A stretch of 24,000 nucleotides of DNA from Ruminococcus turbiniformis (GTDB taxonomy: Bacteria > Bacillota > Clostridia > Lachnospirales > Lachnospiraceae). The DNA is taken from assembly GCF_020687545.1 (NCBI RefSeq), contig NZ_JAJEQX010000017.1:33023-57022 (forward strand), given 5' to 3'. Under the pieces are notes generated by a model that worked only from the letters and a program-made list of their open reading frames with translations, did not search any database and was not told where the DNA came from. A program made the translations under genes and the position numbers. Shown here in pieces: positions 5,708 through 14,482 of the stretch; the stretch's first letter is position 1, and every line of letters starts with the position of its first letter.

Positions 5708-8341
5708 CTAAGCATTCTTTCTTGCGATCGCTGCCTGAGCCGCTGCCAGTCTTGCGATCGGCACACGGAACGGTGAGCAGGATACATAGTCAAGTCCAAT
5801 GCTGTCACAGAACTCTACAGAGCTCGGATCTCCGCCGTGCTCGCCGCAGATACCTACGTGCAGGTTCGGATTAACCGGCTTGCCAAGTTCGATTGCCATC
5901 TTCATCAGCTTGCCAACGCCAACCTGATCCAGTTTTGCGAACGGATCGTTCTCAAAGATCTTAGCGTCATAGTATCCATCAAGGAACTTGCCAGCGTCAT
6001 CACGGGAGAAGCCGTATGTCATCTGCGTCAGGTCGTTTGTACCGAAGCAGAAGAAGTCAGCCTCTGTTGCGATCTCATCAGCTGTAAGGGCTGCTCTCGG
6101 GATCTCGATCATTGTACCAACCTCATACTTCAGGTCGCTGCCTGCCGCTGCGATCTCAGCGTCTGCTGTCTCAACAACAAACTTCTTCACATATTTAAGC
6201 TCTTTGATATCGCCAACAAGCGGGATCATGATCTCCGGTGTTACAGCCCAGTCCGGATGAGCTTTCTTTACGTTGATTGCCGCACGGATAACAGCCTTTG
6301 TCTGCATTACCGCGATCTCCGGATATGTCACTGCCAGACGGCATCCGCGGTGACCCATCATCGGGTTGAACTCATGAAGTCCATCGATGATCGCTTTGAT
6401 CTGCTCAACAGTCTTGCCCTGAGCGTCAGCCAGTTTCTTGATATCCTCTTCCTCTGTCGGAACGAACTCGTGAAGCGGCGGATCAAGGAAACGGATTGTA
6501 ACCGGGTTGCCCTCAAGAGCCTCGTACAGAGCCTCGAAGTCGCCCTGCTGCTCCGGAAGGATCTTCTCAAGTGCAGCTTCTCTCTCTTCCTTTGTCTCAG
6601 CGCAGATCATCTCACGGAATGCATCGATTCTGTTGCCCTCAAAGAACATATGCTCTGTACGGCAAAGTCCGATACCCTCAGCTCCGAGCTCACGTGCTTT
6701 CTTTGCGTCAGCCGGTGTATCTGCGTTTGTACGAACTTTCATTGTTCTGTATTTGTCAGCCCATGCCATGATACGTCCGAACTCTCCGGCGATCGTAGCG
6801 TCAACTGTCGGAATGATTCCATCATAAATGTTACCTGTGGATCCGTCGATGGAGATTGCGTCTCCCTCGTGGAACTCTTTTCCATTCAGAGTGAACTTCT
6901 TGTTCTCCTCGTCCATGATGATATCGCCGCATCCGGATACACAGCATGTACCCATTCCACGTGCAACAACGGCTGCGTGAGATGTCATACCGCCGCGTAC
7001 TGTCAGGATACCCTGAGCGCTCTTCATACCTGTGATATCTTCCGGTGATGTCTCAAGACGGACAAGAACGACTTTCTCGCCTCTTGCAGCCCACTCTACC
7101 GCGTCGTCAGCAGTGAAGACGATCTTACCGCATGCAGCTCCCGGTGAAGCGCCGAGTGCTTTCCCCATCGGTGTAGCAGCCTTAAGAGCAGCAGCATCGA
7201 ACTGCGGGTGAAGCAGAGTGTCAAGGTTCCTCGGGTCGATCATAGCTACAGCCTCTTCCTCTGTTCTCATGCCCTCGTCAACAAGGTCGCATGCGATCTT
7301 CAGAGCAGCCTGAGCTGTTCTCTTACCGTTACGTGTCTGCAGCATGTACAGTTTGCCGTGCTCAACAGTAAACTCCATGTCCTGCATATCTCTGTAGTGT
7401 GTCTCCAGAGTCTTGCACACTTCTTTGAACTGTGCGAAAGCTTCCGGGAATTTCTGCTCCATCTCGGAGATGTGCATCGGTGTGCGGACACCTGCAACAA
7501 CGTCCTCACCCTGTGCGTTTGTAAGGAACTCACCGAAGAGTCCGTTTGCTCCTGTAGCCGGGTCACGTGTGAACGCAACACCTGTACCGCAGTCGTCTCC
7601 CATGTTTCCGAACGCCATCATCTGTACGTTGACAGCTGTTCCCCAGGAATACGGAATATCATTATCGCGGCGGTATACATTTGCTCTCGGGTTGTCCCAT
7701 GAACGGAATACAGCCTTTACAGCTCCCATCAGCTGCTCTTTTGCGTCAGACGGGAAGTCTGTACCGATCTTCTCTTTGTATTCAGCCTTGAACTGCTCTG
7801 CAAGTGTCTTCAGATCGTCAGCATCAAGCTCAACATCCTGCTTAACGCCTTTTTCCTCTTTCATCTTGTCGATCAGTTCCTCAAAATATTTCTTGCCGAC
7901 TTCCATAACAACGTCAGAGTACATCTGGATAAATCTTCTGTAGCAGTCCCAAGCCCAACGCGGGTTTCCTGATGCTTCAGCCAGAGTCTCAACAACTTCC
8001 TCATTCAGTCCCAGGTTCAGGATTGTATCCATCATACCCGGCATGGAAGCTCTTGCACCTGAACGAACGGAAACAAGAAGCGGATTTTCCTTATCTCCGA
8101 ATTTCTTTCCTGTGATCTCTTCCAGTTTTGTCATGGCGTCCATGATCTGTCCCATGATCTCGTCATTTATCTGTCTGCCATCCTCATAATACTGAGTACA
8201 AGCCTCTGTTGTCACAGTGAATCCCTGCGGTACCGGGAGTCCAAGGCCTGTCATCTCTGCCAGGTTTGCGCCTTTGCCACCAAGAAGGTTTCTCATATTT
8301 GCGTTACCTTCTGTGAACATATAAACCCATTTTGTTGCCAT
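5708..8341 (-). CDS. ppdK: Pyruvate, phosphate dikinase
   Basis: 877 aa. It has the N-terminal ATP-grasp signature MATKWVYMFTEGNANMRNLLGGKGANLAEM, the phospho-His motif GGMTSHAAVVARGMG and a PEP-utilising C-terminal TIM-barrel region (FFCFGTNDLTQMT, GICGEHGGDP). Confidence 0.95.
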   Translation of the reverse strand: MATKWVYMFTEGNANMRNLLGGKGANLAEMTGLGLPVPQGFTVTTEACTQYYEDGRQINDEIMGQIMDAMTKLEEITGKKFGDKENPLLVSVRSGARASMPGMMDTILNLGLNEEVVETLAEASGNPRWAWDCYRRFIQMYSDVVMEVGKKYFEELIDKMKEEKGVKQDVELDADDLKTLAEQFKAEYKEKIGTDFPSDAKEQLMGAVKAVFRSWDNPRANVYRRDNDIPYSWGTAVNVQMMAFGNMGDDCGTGVAFTRDPATGANGLFGEFLTNAQGEDVVAGVRTPMHISEMEQKFPEAFAQFKEVCKTLETHYRDMQDMEFTVEHGKLYMLQTRNGKRTAQAALKIACDLVDEGMRTEEEAVAMIDPRNLDTLLHPQFDAAALKAATPMGKALGASPGAACGKIVFTADDAVEWAARGEKVVLVRLETSPEDITGMKSAQGILTVRGGMTSHAAVVARGMGTCCVSGCGDIIMDEENKKFTLNGKEFHEGDAISIDGSTGNIYDGIIPTVDATIAGEFGRIMAWADKYRTMKVRTNADTPADAKKARELGAEGIGLCRTEHMFFEGNRIDAFREMICAETKEEREAALEKILPEQQGDFEALYEALEGNPVTIRFLDPPLHEFVPTEEEDIKKLADAQGKTVEQIKAIIDGLHEFNPMMGHRGCRLAVTYPEIAVMQTKAVIRAAINVKKAHPDWAVTPEIMIPLVGDIKELKYVKKFVVETADAEIAAAGSDLKYEVGTMIEIPRAALTADEIATEADFFCFGTNDLTQMTYGFSRDDAGKFLDGYYDAKIFENDPFAKLDQVGVGKLMKMAIELGKPVNPNLHVGICGEHGGDPSSVEFCDSIGLDYVSCSPFRVPIARLAAAQAAIARKNA

Positions 8342-8398
8342 GTTCCAATGACCTCCTCAAAAATATTGCAAATATTTTCCTTATGATTCGCATATAAT

Positions 8399-8427
8399 AT
8401 TCTAATGGTTTTAAACACACGCGTCAA
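8399..8427 (-). promoter_or_regulatory. Candidate sigma-A promoter for ppdK
   Basis: The minus strand reads TTGACG (8427-8422), a 17-nt spacer, then TAGAAT (8404-8399), about 55 nt upstream of the ppdK ATG, which has a GAGGAGG SD. Confidence 0.5.
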
Positions 8428-8519
8428 GCGTTTTATCTGGAAATATGCACATTCTTTATCACAAAATATGCCCGTTTTCCGCGAGCTGTCTGTTTTCTTT
8501 CAGCGCCCAAAATCATATA

Positions 8520-9932
8520 TCAGAGTTTTCTCAAAAATGTCTTATATCCTTTGTACGCCTCGTAAATATCCGCTTTGCTGGCCACCTCGTACGGTGCATG
8601 CATACTGAGAACAGCCACTCCGCTGTCGATCACTTCCATCCCGTAATTTGCCGTAATATACGCGATCGTTCCGCCGCCACCCAGGTCCACACGGCCCAGC
8701 TCCGCGAACTGGTGCGCCACATTATCTTCGTCCATTGCCCTGCGAAGTGCCGCGATGTATTCCGCGTTGGCGTCGTTGGAACCTGATTTTCCCCTGCTGC
8801 CGGTAAACTTGTTAAAGGTAATTCCATTTGCGAAAAACGCAGAACTTCTCTTCTCAAATGCCTCGGCAAACATCGGGTCATAGGCAGCGCTCACATCGGA
8901 GGATAACATTCTTGAATTTGCCAGCGCCCGGCGCACTTTCAGATCAGATTCTCCTTCGGTTGCAGCGACAAGCTCCGCCACTGTGTTTTCAAAAAATCTG
9001 GAATGCATTCCCGTCGCTCCGACACTTCCGATCTCTTCCTTATCTACAAGGAGGCAGCATCCTGTCTTCTCCGCCTCTTCCACATCCAGCATGGCAAAAA
9101 GCGAGGTAAACGCGCACACTCTGTCATCCTGCCCGTAAGAAAGGATCATACTTCTGTCCAGTCCGCAGTCTCTCGCCTTTCCCGCAGGAACAATCTCCAG
9201 TTCGGCAGAAGTAAAGTCTTCCTCTTCCATGCCGTATTTCTCTTTCAGAAGGCGGAGCACATTTGCCTTTACCGTCTCTTTTGTCTTTGCAGCGTCATCG
9301 CCCTCGGCCAGTTCTTCTGCCGCCTGGTCCACCGGACGGTTTCCGATCAGGAGATCCAGCTTCTCGCCTTCGATCACTTTGGACGCTTTCTTTTCCATCT
9401 GCTCCTGAGCGAGGTGCACGAGAAGATCTGTGATTACGAATACGGGATCATTCTCTTCTTCGCCGATGGACACGTTTTCCGTTGTCCCGTCCTTTTTCAC
9501 AACCACGCCATGCAGAGAAAGGGGCTGAGCCACCCACTGGTACTTTTTTATTCCGCCGTAATAGTGGGTGTCGAGATAGGCAAGTCCTTCATTTTCATAG
9601 AGAGGGTTCTGTTTTACGTCAATGCGCGGAGAGTCAATATGCGCCCCGAGGATGTTCATTCCCTCTGAGATTGGTCTGGTTCCGATGCGGAAAAGGACGA
9701 TCATTTTCTTCATGCATACCGCATAAACCTTGTCACCGGCTTTAAGCTTTTCCCCGGACGCCGCGATTTCATTTAAGTCCCGGTAGCCGGCCTGAGAAGC
9801 CATACGCACGGCAAGCTCCACGCACTCCCGCTCCGTTTTGCCCTCGTCAAGGCATTTCTTGTACTTTTCGCTGATGCTGTTCAGCTCTGAAAGCTGAGGT
9901 TCACTGTAGGTTGACCAGATGTTTTTCTTCAT
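8520..9932 (-). CDS. M18-family aminopeptidase (aminopeptidase 1 / aspartyl-aminopeptidase-like)
   Basis: 470 aa with GAHIDSPR, a metal-site-like GQDDRVC motif, and an M18-like length and layout. The SD GAAAGGAAG lies 5 nt upstream of the ATG at 9932. Confidence 0.8.
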   Translation of the reverse strand: MKKNIWSTYSEPQLSELNSISEKYKKCLDEGKTERECVELAVRMASQAGYRDLNEIAASGEKLKAGDKVYAVCMKKMIVLFRIGTRPISEGMNILGAHIDSPRIDVKQNPLYENEGLAYLDTHYYGGIKKYQWVAQPLSLHGVVVKKDGTTENVSIGEEENDPVFVITDLLVHLAQEQMEKKASKVIEGEKLDLLIGNRPVDQAAEELAEGDDAAKTKETVKANVLRLLKEKYGMEEEDFTSAELEIVPAGKARDCGLDRSMILSYGQDDRVCAFTSLFAMLDVEEAEKTGCCLLVDKEEIGSVGATGMHSRFFENTVAELVAATEGESDLKVRRALANSRMLSSDVSAAYDPMFAEAFEKRSSAFFANGITFNKFTGSRGKSGSNDANAEYIAALRRAMDEDNVAHQFAELGRVDLGGGGTIAYITANYGMEVIDSGVAVLSMHAPYEVASKADIYEAYKGYKTFLRKL

Positions 9933-9947
9933 ATATACTTCCTTTCC

Positions 9948-10938
9948 GGGACGTAGACAAATTCAATTCAGCTACGTCCCCAATTGACTTTCACTATGTC
10001 CCAAACTGAATTTTGCCCTGTCCCTTTTCAATGTGTTTAATTTTCAACTATTTTCCAATTATACATCTTTTTACAAAGCGATACAATCTTACAGCTCTCG
10101 TTTTTGAAATTCTCAGATCATTTCGCAGTTTCTGCTGATAATCTTTTCGCAGGCTCTGTTGTTCTATAATTTCCTTCGGGCTGTCCAGGCCCTGCCTGTG
10201 AGCTTCCTGATTGATTAGAGCCAGAGCAAACTTCTGCTGCTGAATTTCCACTTCTTCTGGTATATCAATAAAAATTTGTCTGCTGCTTTTTTGATGAAAA
10301 TCAAGATATTCTTCAAAATCCGAAAACTCTTTTTTATATACTCTAATCGCATCAGCATGTATTATCTGACTATTTTCTGTTTCATATTCTTTCAAACTGG
10401 AAAATCTGTATTTTAAAGGACTTTTTACTATATTTGCATTTACCGGATTCATATGAATGTATCTAACACAATTCCAAAAATATTGAGTATTTTCTATGCA
10501 TTCACTCCTGAATCGATTTTGAAAAACATGGCCGTTACGATTATGTTTATAATTGTAATATTCTGCGAATTCTGCCAAGACTATGGCTAAATAACTTGAT
10601 AAAACTTTTAGATCAGCATGAATCAGCAAATGAAAATGAGTAGACATGATCACATATGCATATAATTCTACTTCATACTTATCAAGATACTTTCGAAGGA
10701 GTCGTATAAGATTGTTTTTCTCACGAGTCTGGTTAAAAATACGCTCGTGATTTATTCCTCTCCCTATCACATGGTAAAAGTCCGTACAGCTTCTTTTCCG
10801 TGCGGTTCGCGGCATTTCATCACCTCTTTTGCGCCTTAGGGACAGGGCAAAATTCAATTTGGGACACACTAAAACTCATTTGGGGACACACTGGTTTTCA
10901 ATTGGGGACGTAGCAGAATTCAATTTCACTACGTCCCC
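9948..10938 (-). mobile_element. IS200-like / RAYT-like element: Y1 (HUH) transposase gene bracketed by about 80-100 bp of structured, imperfect inverted ends
   Basis: The inner inverted repeat tgtcccaaactgaattttgccctgtccc (9997-10024) is the reverse complement, with one mismatch, of gggacagggcaaaattcaatttgggaca (10839-10866). The outer hairpins are GGGACGTAG-15nt-CTACGTCCC (9948-9980) and GGGGACGTAG-15nt-CTACGTCCCC (10904-10938). TTGGGGAC(A/G) motifs are reiterated at 10858, 10880 and 10902. The interior is visibly more AT-rich than the flanking genes. Confidence 0.7.
10048..10815 (-). CDS. Y1 HUH-type tyrosine transposase (IS200-like / REP-associated tyrosine transposase-like) with a C-terminal extension
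   Basis: The HUH motif is in MSTHFHLLIH and the catalytic Tyr context is VRYIHMNPVNANIV. The N-terminus FYHVIGRGINHERIF is typical of the COG1943 family. The ATG at 10815 (MPRTARKR) has an AGAGGTGAT SD. About 110 aa of uncharacterised C-terminal sequence follow. Confidence 0.8.
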   Translation of the reverse strand: MPRTARKRSCTDFYHVIGRGINHERIFNQTREKNNLIRLLRKYLDKYEVELYAYVIMSTHFHLLIHADLKVLSSYLAIVLAEFAEYYNYKHNRNGHVFQNRFRSECIENTQYFWNCVRYIHMNPVNANIVKSPLKYRFSSLKEYETENSQIIHADAIRVYKKEFSDFEEYLDFHQKSSRQIFIDIPEEVEIQQQKFALALINQEAHRQGLDSPKEIIEQQSLRKDYQQKLRNDLRISKTRAVRLYRFVKRCIIGK

Positions 10939-10945
10939 GAAAAAG

Positions 10946-12346
10946 TTACCACTCGAATTTCTTCTCGAAATATGCCTTCAGATCTTCGATCTTCACTCTC
11001 TCCTGCTCCATCGTATCACGGTCGCGGACTGTCACCGCACCGTCCTCTTCCGATTCAAAATCATATGTTACGCAGTAAGGCGTTCCGATCTCATCCTGTC
11101 TGCGGTAGCGTTTTCCGATATTTCCGCGGTCATCATACTCGCAGTTATAATATTTGCACAGCTCCGCATAAATCTTCTCCGCACCTTCGCCAAGCTTTTT
11201 GGAAAGCGGCAGCACTCCGATCTTAACCGGTGCCAGAGCCGGATGGAAATGAAGCACTGTACGCATATCCGGCTTCTCCTCTGTGCCGATGTTTTCCTCG
11301 TCATACGCACTGCACAGGAACGCGAGAACCATACGGTCCGCTCCCAGAGACGGCTCGATGACATACGGAATGTATTTTTCCTTTGTCTCATCGTCAAAAT
11401 AAGTAAGATCCTGTCCTGATACATTCTGATGCTGTGTCAGGTCATAGTCGGTACGGTCTGCGATTCCCCACAGTTCTCCCCATCCGAACGGGAAGAGAAA
11501 TTCCACGTCTGTGGTTGCCTTGCTGTAGAAGGAAAGTTCTTCCTTATCATGGTCGCGGTAGCGCACTTCGTCCTCTTTAAGTCCCAGGGAGGACAGCCAG
11601 TTCAGACAGAAGTTCTTCCAGTAGTCAAACCACTCAAGATCCGTGTCAGGCTTGCAGAAAAATTCAAGCTCCATCTGCTCAAATTCTCTTGTACGGAACG
11701 TAAAGTTGCCCGGAGTGATCTCATTTCGGAACGATTTTCCAATCTGAGCGATACCGAACGGAAGTTTCTTTCTCGATGTACGCTGTACATTCTTAAAGTT
11801 TACAAAAATACCCTGAGCAGTCTCCGGACGGAGGTAAACCGTATTCTTCGCATCCTCTGTCACGCCCTGGAATGTCTTGAACATCAGATTGAACTGACGG
11901 ATATCCGTAAAATTGTGCTTGCCGCAGGTCGGACACGGGATCTGATGCTCCTCGATAAACTCCGTCATCTGCTCCTGGGACCATCCGTCCACACTGCCTT
12001 CAAGCTGGATTCCCTTTTCCTCACAGTAATCCTCAATCAGCTTATCTGCACGGAATCTCTCATGACATTCCTTACAGTCCATAAGCGGATCGCTGAAACC
12101 GCCGAGATGTCCGGAAGCCACCCATGTCTGCGGGTTCATCAGAATCGCACAGTCAACGCCCACGTTATAGGGATTTTCCTGTACAAATTTTTTCCACCAT
12201 GCTTTTTTTACATTGTTTTTCAGTTCTACTCCGAGATTGCCGTAATCCCATGTGTTCGCCAGTCCGCCGTAAATCTCAGAGCCGGGATAGACAAATCCTC
12301 TGGATTTCGCCAGCGCAACAATTTTATCCATTGTCTTTTCAACCAT
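10946..12346 (-). CDS. glyQS: Glycine--tRNA ligase (homodimeric class II, GlyQS type)
   Basis: N-terminus [39 protein letters not shown]. Class II motifs include [25 protein letters not shown] and GADR. The ATG at 12346 has a GAGGAA SD. The ORF-track start at 12412 adds an unlikely 22-aa extension. Confidence 0.93.
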   Translation of the reverse strand: MVEKTMDKIVALAKSRGFVYPGSEIYGGLANTWDYGNLGVELKNNVKKAWWKKFVQENPYNVGVDCAILMNPQTWVASGHLGGFSDPLMDCKECHERFRADKLIEDYCEEKGIQLEGSVDGWSQEQMTEFIEEHQIPCPTCGKHNFTDIRQFNLMFKTFQGVTEDAKNTVYLRPETAQGIFVNFKNVQRTSRKKLPFGIAQIGKSFRNEITPGNFTFRTREFEQMELEFFCKPDTDLEWFDYWKNFCLNWLSSLGLKEDEVRYRDHDKEELSFYSKATTDVEFLFPFGWGELWGIADRTDYDLTQHQNVSGQDLTYFDDETKEKYIPYVIEPSLGADRMVLAFLCSAYDEENIGTEEKPDMRTVLHFHPALAPVKIGVLPLSKKLGEGAEKIYAELCKYYNCEYDDRGNIGKRYRRQDEIGTPYCVTYDFESEEDGAVTVRDRDTMEQERVKIEDLKAYFEKKFEW

Positions 12347-12383
12347 GATATGTTCCTCACATTCTTTTTCTAAGTCGCTACCT

Positions 12384-12412
12384 ATTATAACGGCTGCAGC
12401 CGCATTTTTCAA
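12384..12412 (-). promoter_or_regulatory. Near-consensus sigma-A promoter for glyQS, overlapping the recO stop codon
   Basis: The minus strand reads TTGAAA (12412-12407), a 17-nt spacer, then TATAAT (12389-12384). The spacer contains the palindrome CGGCTGCAGCCG. The leader to ATG 12346 is only about 30 nt. Confidence 0.5.
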
Positions 12413-13167
12413 GGGATTCCGGGAAGTGTTTCCAGCGTCTCCAGTATTTCCAGAGACTTGAACTTCCGGTCTGTGTAGATCTCCATCAGCCGCCCCGTCA
12501 CTTTTCCAAGTTCATTCAGTACGTTTTCCGTCACATTAAATGTATATAACTTTGCAATACTGCTGGATTCAATATATTGCATACTATACAAAGTCGAGTC
12601 ATCCAGAACAATCCCGTCAATCACGTCGCGGCTGCATTCACTGCACACAAGCCCGCCTTTCGCCGCACTGAATACTTTCGGCCGCTCCGTATCCCCGCAT
12701 ACAATGCATTGAAACACCTGCGGTCCCTGTCCGTTAATCGTCAGCGTTTTCAGTTCAAATATGTAGCGGATGAGCAGATTCGGTATATGCGGATTCAGAA
12801 GCGCCCGCATTGTCTGGTAGAGCAGTTTGAGCATTTCCCTTTCATCGTTCGATTCCTTCGTATAGTAGTCGGCGACCTCAAGAAAATAGAAGCCGTAGTA
12901 CGCTCCCACCATATCGGATCTGAGCTCTGCAAAATAATTCGATATATCCGCAGACTGTATCGTATATGACGACCTTCCCTCGTACATGGTAAACTCGCCG
13001 AATGAAAACGGGTTCACTGCGCCTACAAGAGGGCTGTTGGGCCGTCTGGCTCCGCGCGCAAACGCTGATATCTTTCCCTGTTCTTTTGTCAGTATAACCA
13101 CACGCCGGTCAAACTCTCCCACCGGCATTGTGGACAGCACCATTCCCGTCAATACAATCTGATTCAC
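12409..13167 (-). CDS. recO: DNA repair/recombination mediator RecO
   Basis: OB-fold N-terminus [35 protein letters not shown] and zinc-finger region CIVCGD...CSEC. I prefer the GTG at 13167, preceded by GAAAGGAA, which gives a typical 252-aa protein. The alternative in-frame ATG at 13260 would give 283 aa. Confidence 0.85.
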   Translation of the reverse strand: MNQIVLTGMVLSTMPVGEFDRRVVILTKEQGKISAFARGARRPNSPLVGAVNPFSFGEFTMYEGRSSYTIQSADISNYFAELRSDMVGAYYGFYFLEVADYYTKESNDEREMLKLLYQTMRALLNPHIPNLLIRYIFELKTLTINGQGPQVFQCIVCGDTERPKVFSAAKGGLVCSECSRDVIDGIVLDDSTLYSMQYIESSSIAKLYTFNVTENVLNELGKVTGRLMEIYTDRKFKSLEILETLETLPGIP

Positions 13168-13342
13168 TTTGTTCCTTTCTAAAGCCTCCGCTACCGGCCG
13201 CACTGCCGTGAACCTCTTCTCTCCCCGGCCTCTGAACTCCGCCGTCAGGTATGTTCTCATTTTCCCTGTTTTCCATTTTATAATTCAGATAGTCTGCGAT
13301 GCTCCCTGTCATCATAAACTGATTCCAATACGTCTCTTTCAT
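13109..13342 (-). CDS. yqzL: YqzL-family small protein (conserved era-recO intergenic ORF) with an unusually long C-terminal tail
   Basis: The N-terminus MKETYWNQFMMTGSIADYLNYK matches the W..F..TG.I..YL.YK pattern of YqzL-like proteins, and the position between era and recO matches B. subtilis. The SD is AGAGGTGA. The tail overlaps the recO start region in another frame. Confidence 0.5.
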   Translation of the reverse strand: MKETYWNQFMMTGSIADYLNYKMENRENENIPDGGVQRPGREEVHGSAAGSGGFRKEQSESDCIDGNGAVHNAGGRV

Positions 13343-13501
13343 CGGCTCACCTCTTCTTCCGTGTCACAGCCTTTTCTTCCAGGCTGTACCATTAGGTTCC
13401 CCGATTCGGAAAACAGATATACCACGCAAAAAATACCAACGTATTTTTCCGCCGCCTGCCTTGACACCTGCCGCACCCACGCTGCAGACGTTTGCTCTGT
13501 G

Positions 13502-14398
13502 CTATTCCTCGTCCCGATATCCGAAATTTTTCATCAGATAATCACTGTCACGCCAGTTTTTCTGTACCTTGACCCAGAGTTTCAGATTCACTCTGCAGTC
13601 CAGAAGCCGCTCGATTTCATAGCGCGCCGTACTTCCGATTTTTTTCAGCATACTGCCCTGCTTTCCTATAATGATTCCCTTATGGGAATCTCTCTCGCAG
13701 ATGATAGTCGCATCGATATGCATCACTTTCCGCTCCATCTTCATCCGGTCGATGGCTACCGCGATCCCATGCGGAATCTCCTCATCCAGACAGTGCAGCG
13801 CCTTCTCCCGGATCAGCTCCGCCACAATCTGGCGCTCCGGCTGATCCGTCACAGTGTCCTCATCATAAAACTGAGGACCATACGGAAGATATTTCAGAAT
13901 CACCCTGACAAGCTCTTCCGTATTGTCTCCGCTTCGGGCCGATACGGGCACAATATCGGCGAAATCATATTCCTTCCTGTACATATCAATCACCGGAAGA
14001 AGTTCTTCTTTCTTCACCATGTCAATCTTGTTGATGACAAGAATAACCGGCGTCCTCACTTTTTTAAGCTGATCGATGATATGTTTCTCCCCCGCCCCGA
14101 TAAACGTAGACGGCTCCACAAGCCAGAGCACTACATCCACCTCATTGAGCGAGCGCTCCGCAATATGAACCATATATTCCCCCAGCTTGTTCTTTGCCTT
14201 GTGGATTCCCGGCGTATCGACAAACACAATCTGGCCTTCCTCTGTTGTAAGAACCGTCTGTATACGGTTTCTTGTCGTCTGCGGCTTGTTGGAAGTGATC
14301 GCAATCTTCTGGCCGATCAGATGGTTCATCAGTGTTGATTTTCCGACATTTGGTCTGCCGATCAGAGTGGCAAATCCTGATTTAAAATCTTCTCTCAT
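13502..14398 (-). CDS. era: GTPase Era
   Basis: G1 GRPNVGKST, G3 DTPG and G4 NKID motifs, plus a C-terminal KH domain (IICERDSHKGIIIGKQGSMLK). The ATG at 14398 has an AAAGGAG SD. The ORF-track start at 14419 is 7 codons further upstream. Confidence 0.93.
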   Translation of the reverse strand: MREDFKSGFATLIGRPNVGKSTLMNHLIGQKIAITSNKPQTTRNRIQTVLTTEEGQIVFVDTPGIHKAKNKLGEYMVHIAERSLNEVDVVLWLVEPSTFIGAGEKHIIDQLKKVRTPVILVINKIDMVKKEELLPVIDMYRKEYDFADIVPVSARSGDNTEELVRVILKYLPYGPQFYDEDTVTDQPERQIVAELIREKALHCLDEEIPHGIAVAIDRMKMERKVMHIDATIICERDSHKGIIIGKQGSMLKKIGSTARYEIERLLDCRVNLKLWVKVQKNWRDSDYLMKNFGYRDEE

Positions 14399-14421
14399 GT
14401 ATACTCCTTTTGTGAACATTC

Positions 14422-14470
14422 TGTGAAAGGGGACGTACCCCTTTTGAAAAAGGGTACGTCCCCTTTCACA
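14422..14470. repeat. Solitary 49-bp near-perfect palindrome (REP-like) sharing the GGGGACGTA core with the transposase element ends
   Basis: tGTGAAAGGGGACGTACCC (14422-14440) pairs perfectly with GGGTACGTCCCCTTTCACa (14452-14470). The 11-nt loop cttttgaaaaa is itself partly self-complementary. The palindrome lies in the 84-nt gap between the M16 peptidase stop and the era start. Confidence 0.7.
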
Positions 14471-14482
14471 CTTTTTTCACAT

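Noticed and set aside
5837-7048. A 403-aa plus-strand ORF, plus several others at 5988-6260, 6507-6827, 7208-7702 and 7413-7943
   Set aside because: All lie antisense to, or out of frame within, the unambiguous ppdK gene. Their translations are Cys/Leu/Ser/Arg-rich nonsense with no SD. They are shadow ORFs typical of a long, codon-biased gene.
12347-12700. Expected T-box riboswitch upstream of glyQS
   Set aside because: The upstream sequence is recO coding sequence right up to 62 nt before the start, and I saw no specifier-loop or T-box (AGGGUGGNACCGCG-like) sequence. I report this as an absence, not a feature.
13343-13501. Possible small RNA or terminator in the 160-nt era-yqzL gap
   Set aside because: Only weak AT-rich hairpins are present (AAAAATAC-gttg-GTATTTTT and ACAGCC/GGCTGT), together with a possible extended -10 (TGgTATATC). 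None is strong enough to annotate.
13169-14338. A 389-aa plus-strand ORF spanning the recO-era region, and a 314-aa ORF at 11429-12373
   Set aside because: They are antisense to era/yqzL/recO and to glyQS respectively. Their composition is low-complexity and biased (His/Arg/Leu/Phe-rich), and they have no SD and no recognisable motifs. The same reasoning applies to 16082-16909, 14834-15415, 9003-9668 and 10829-11419.
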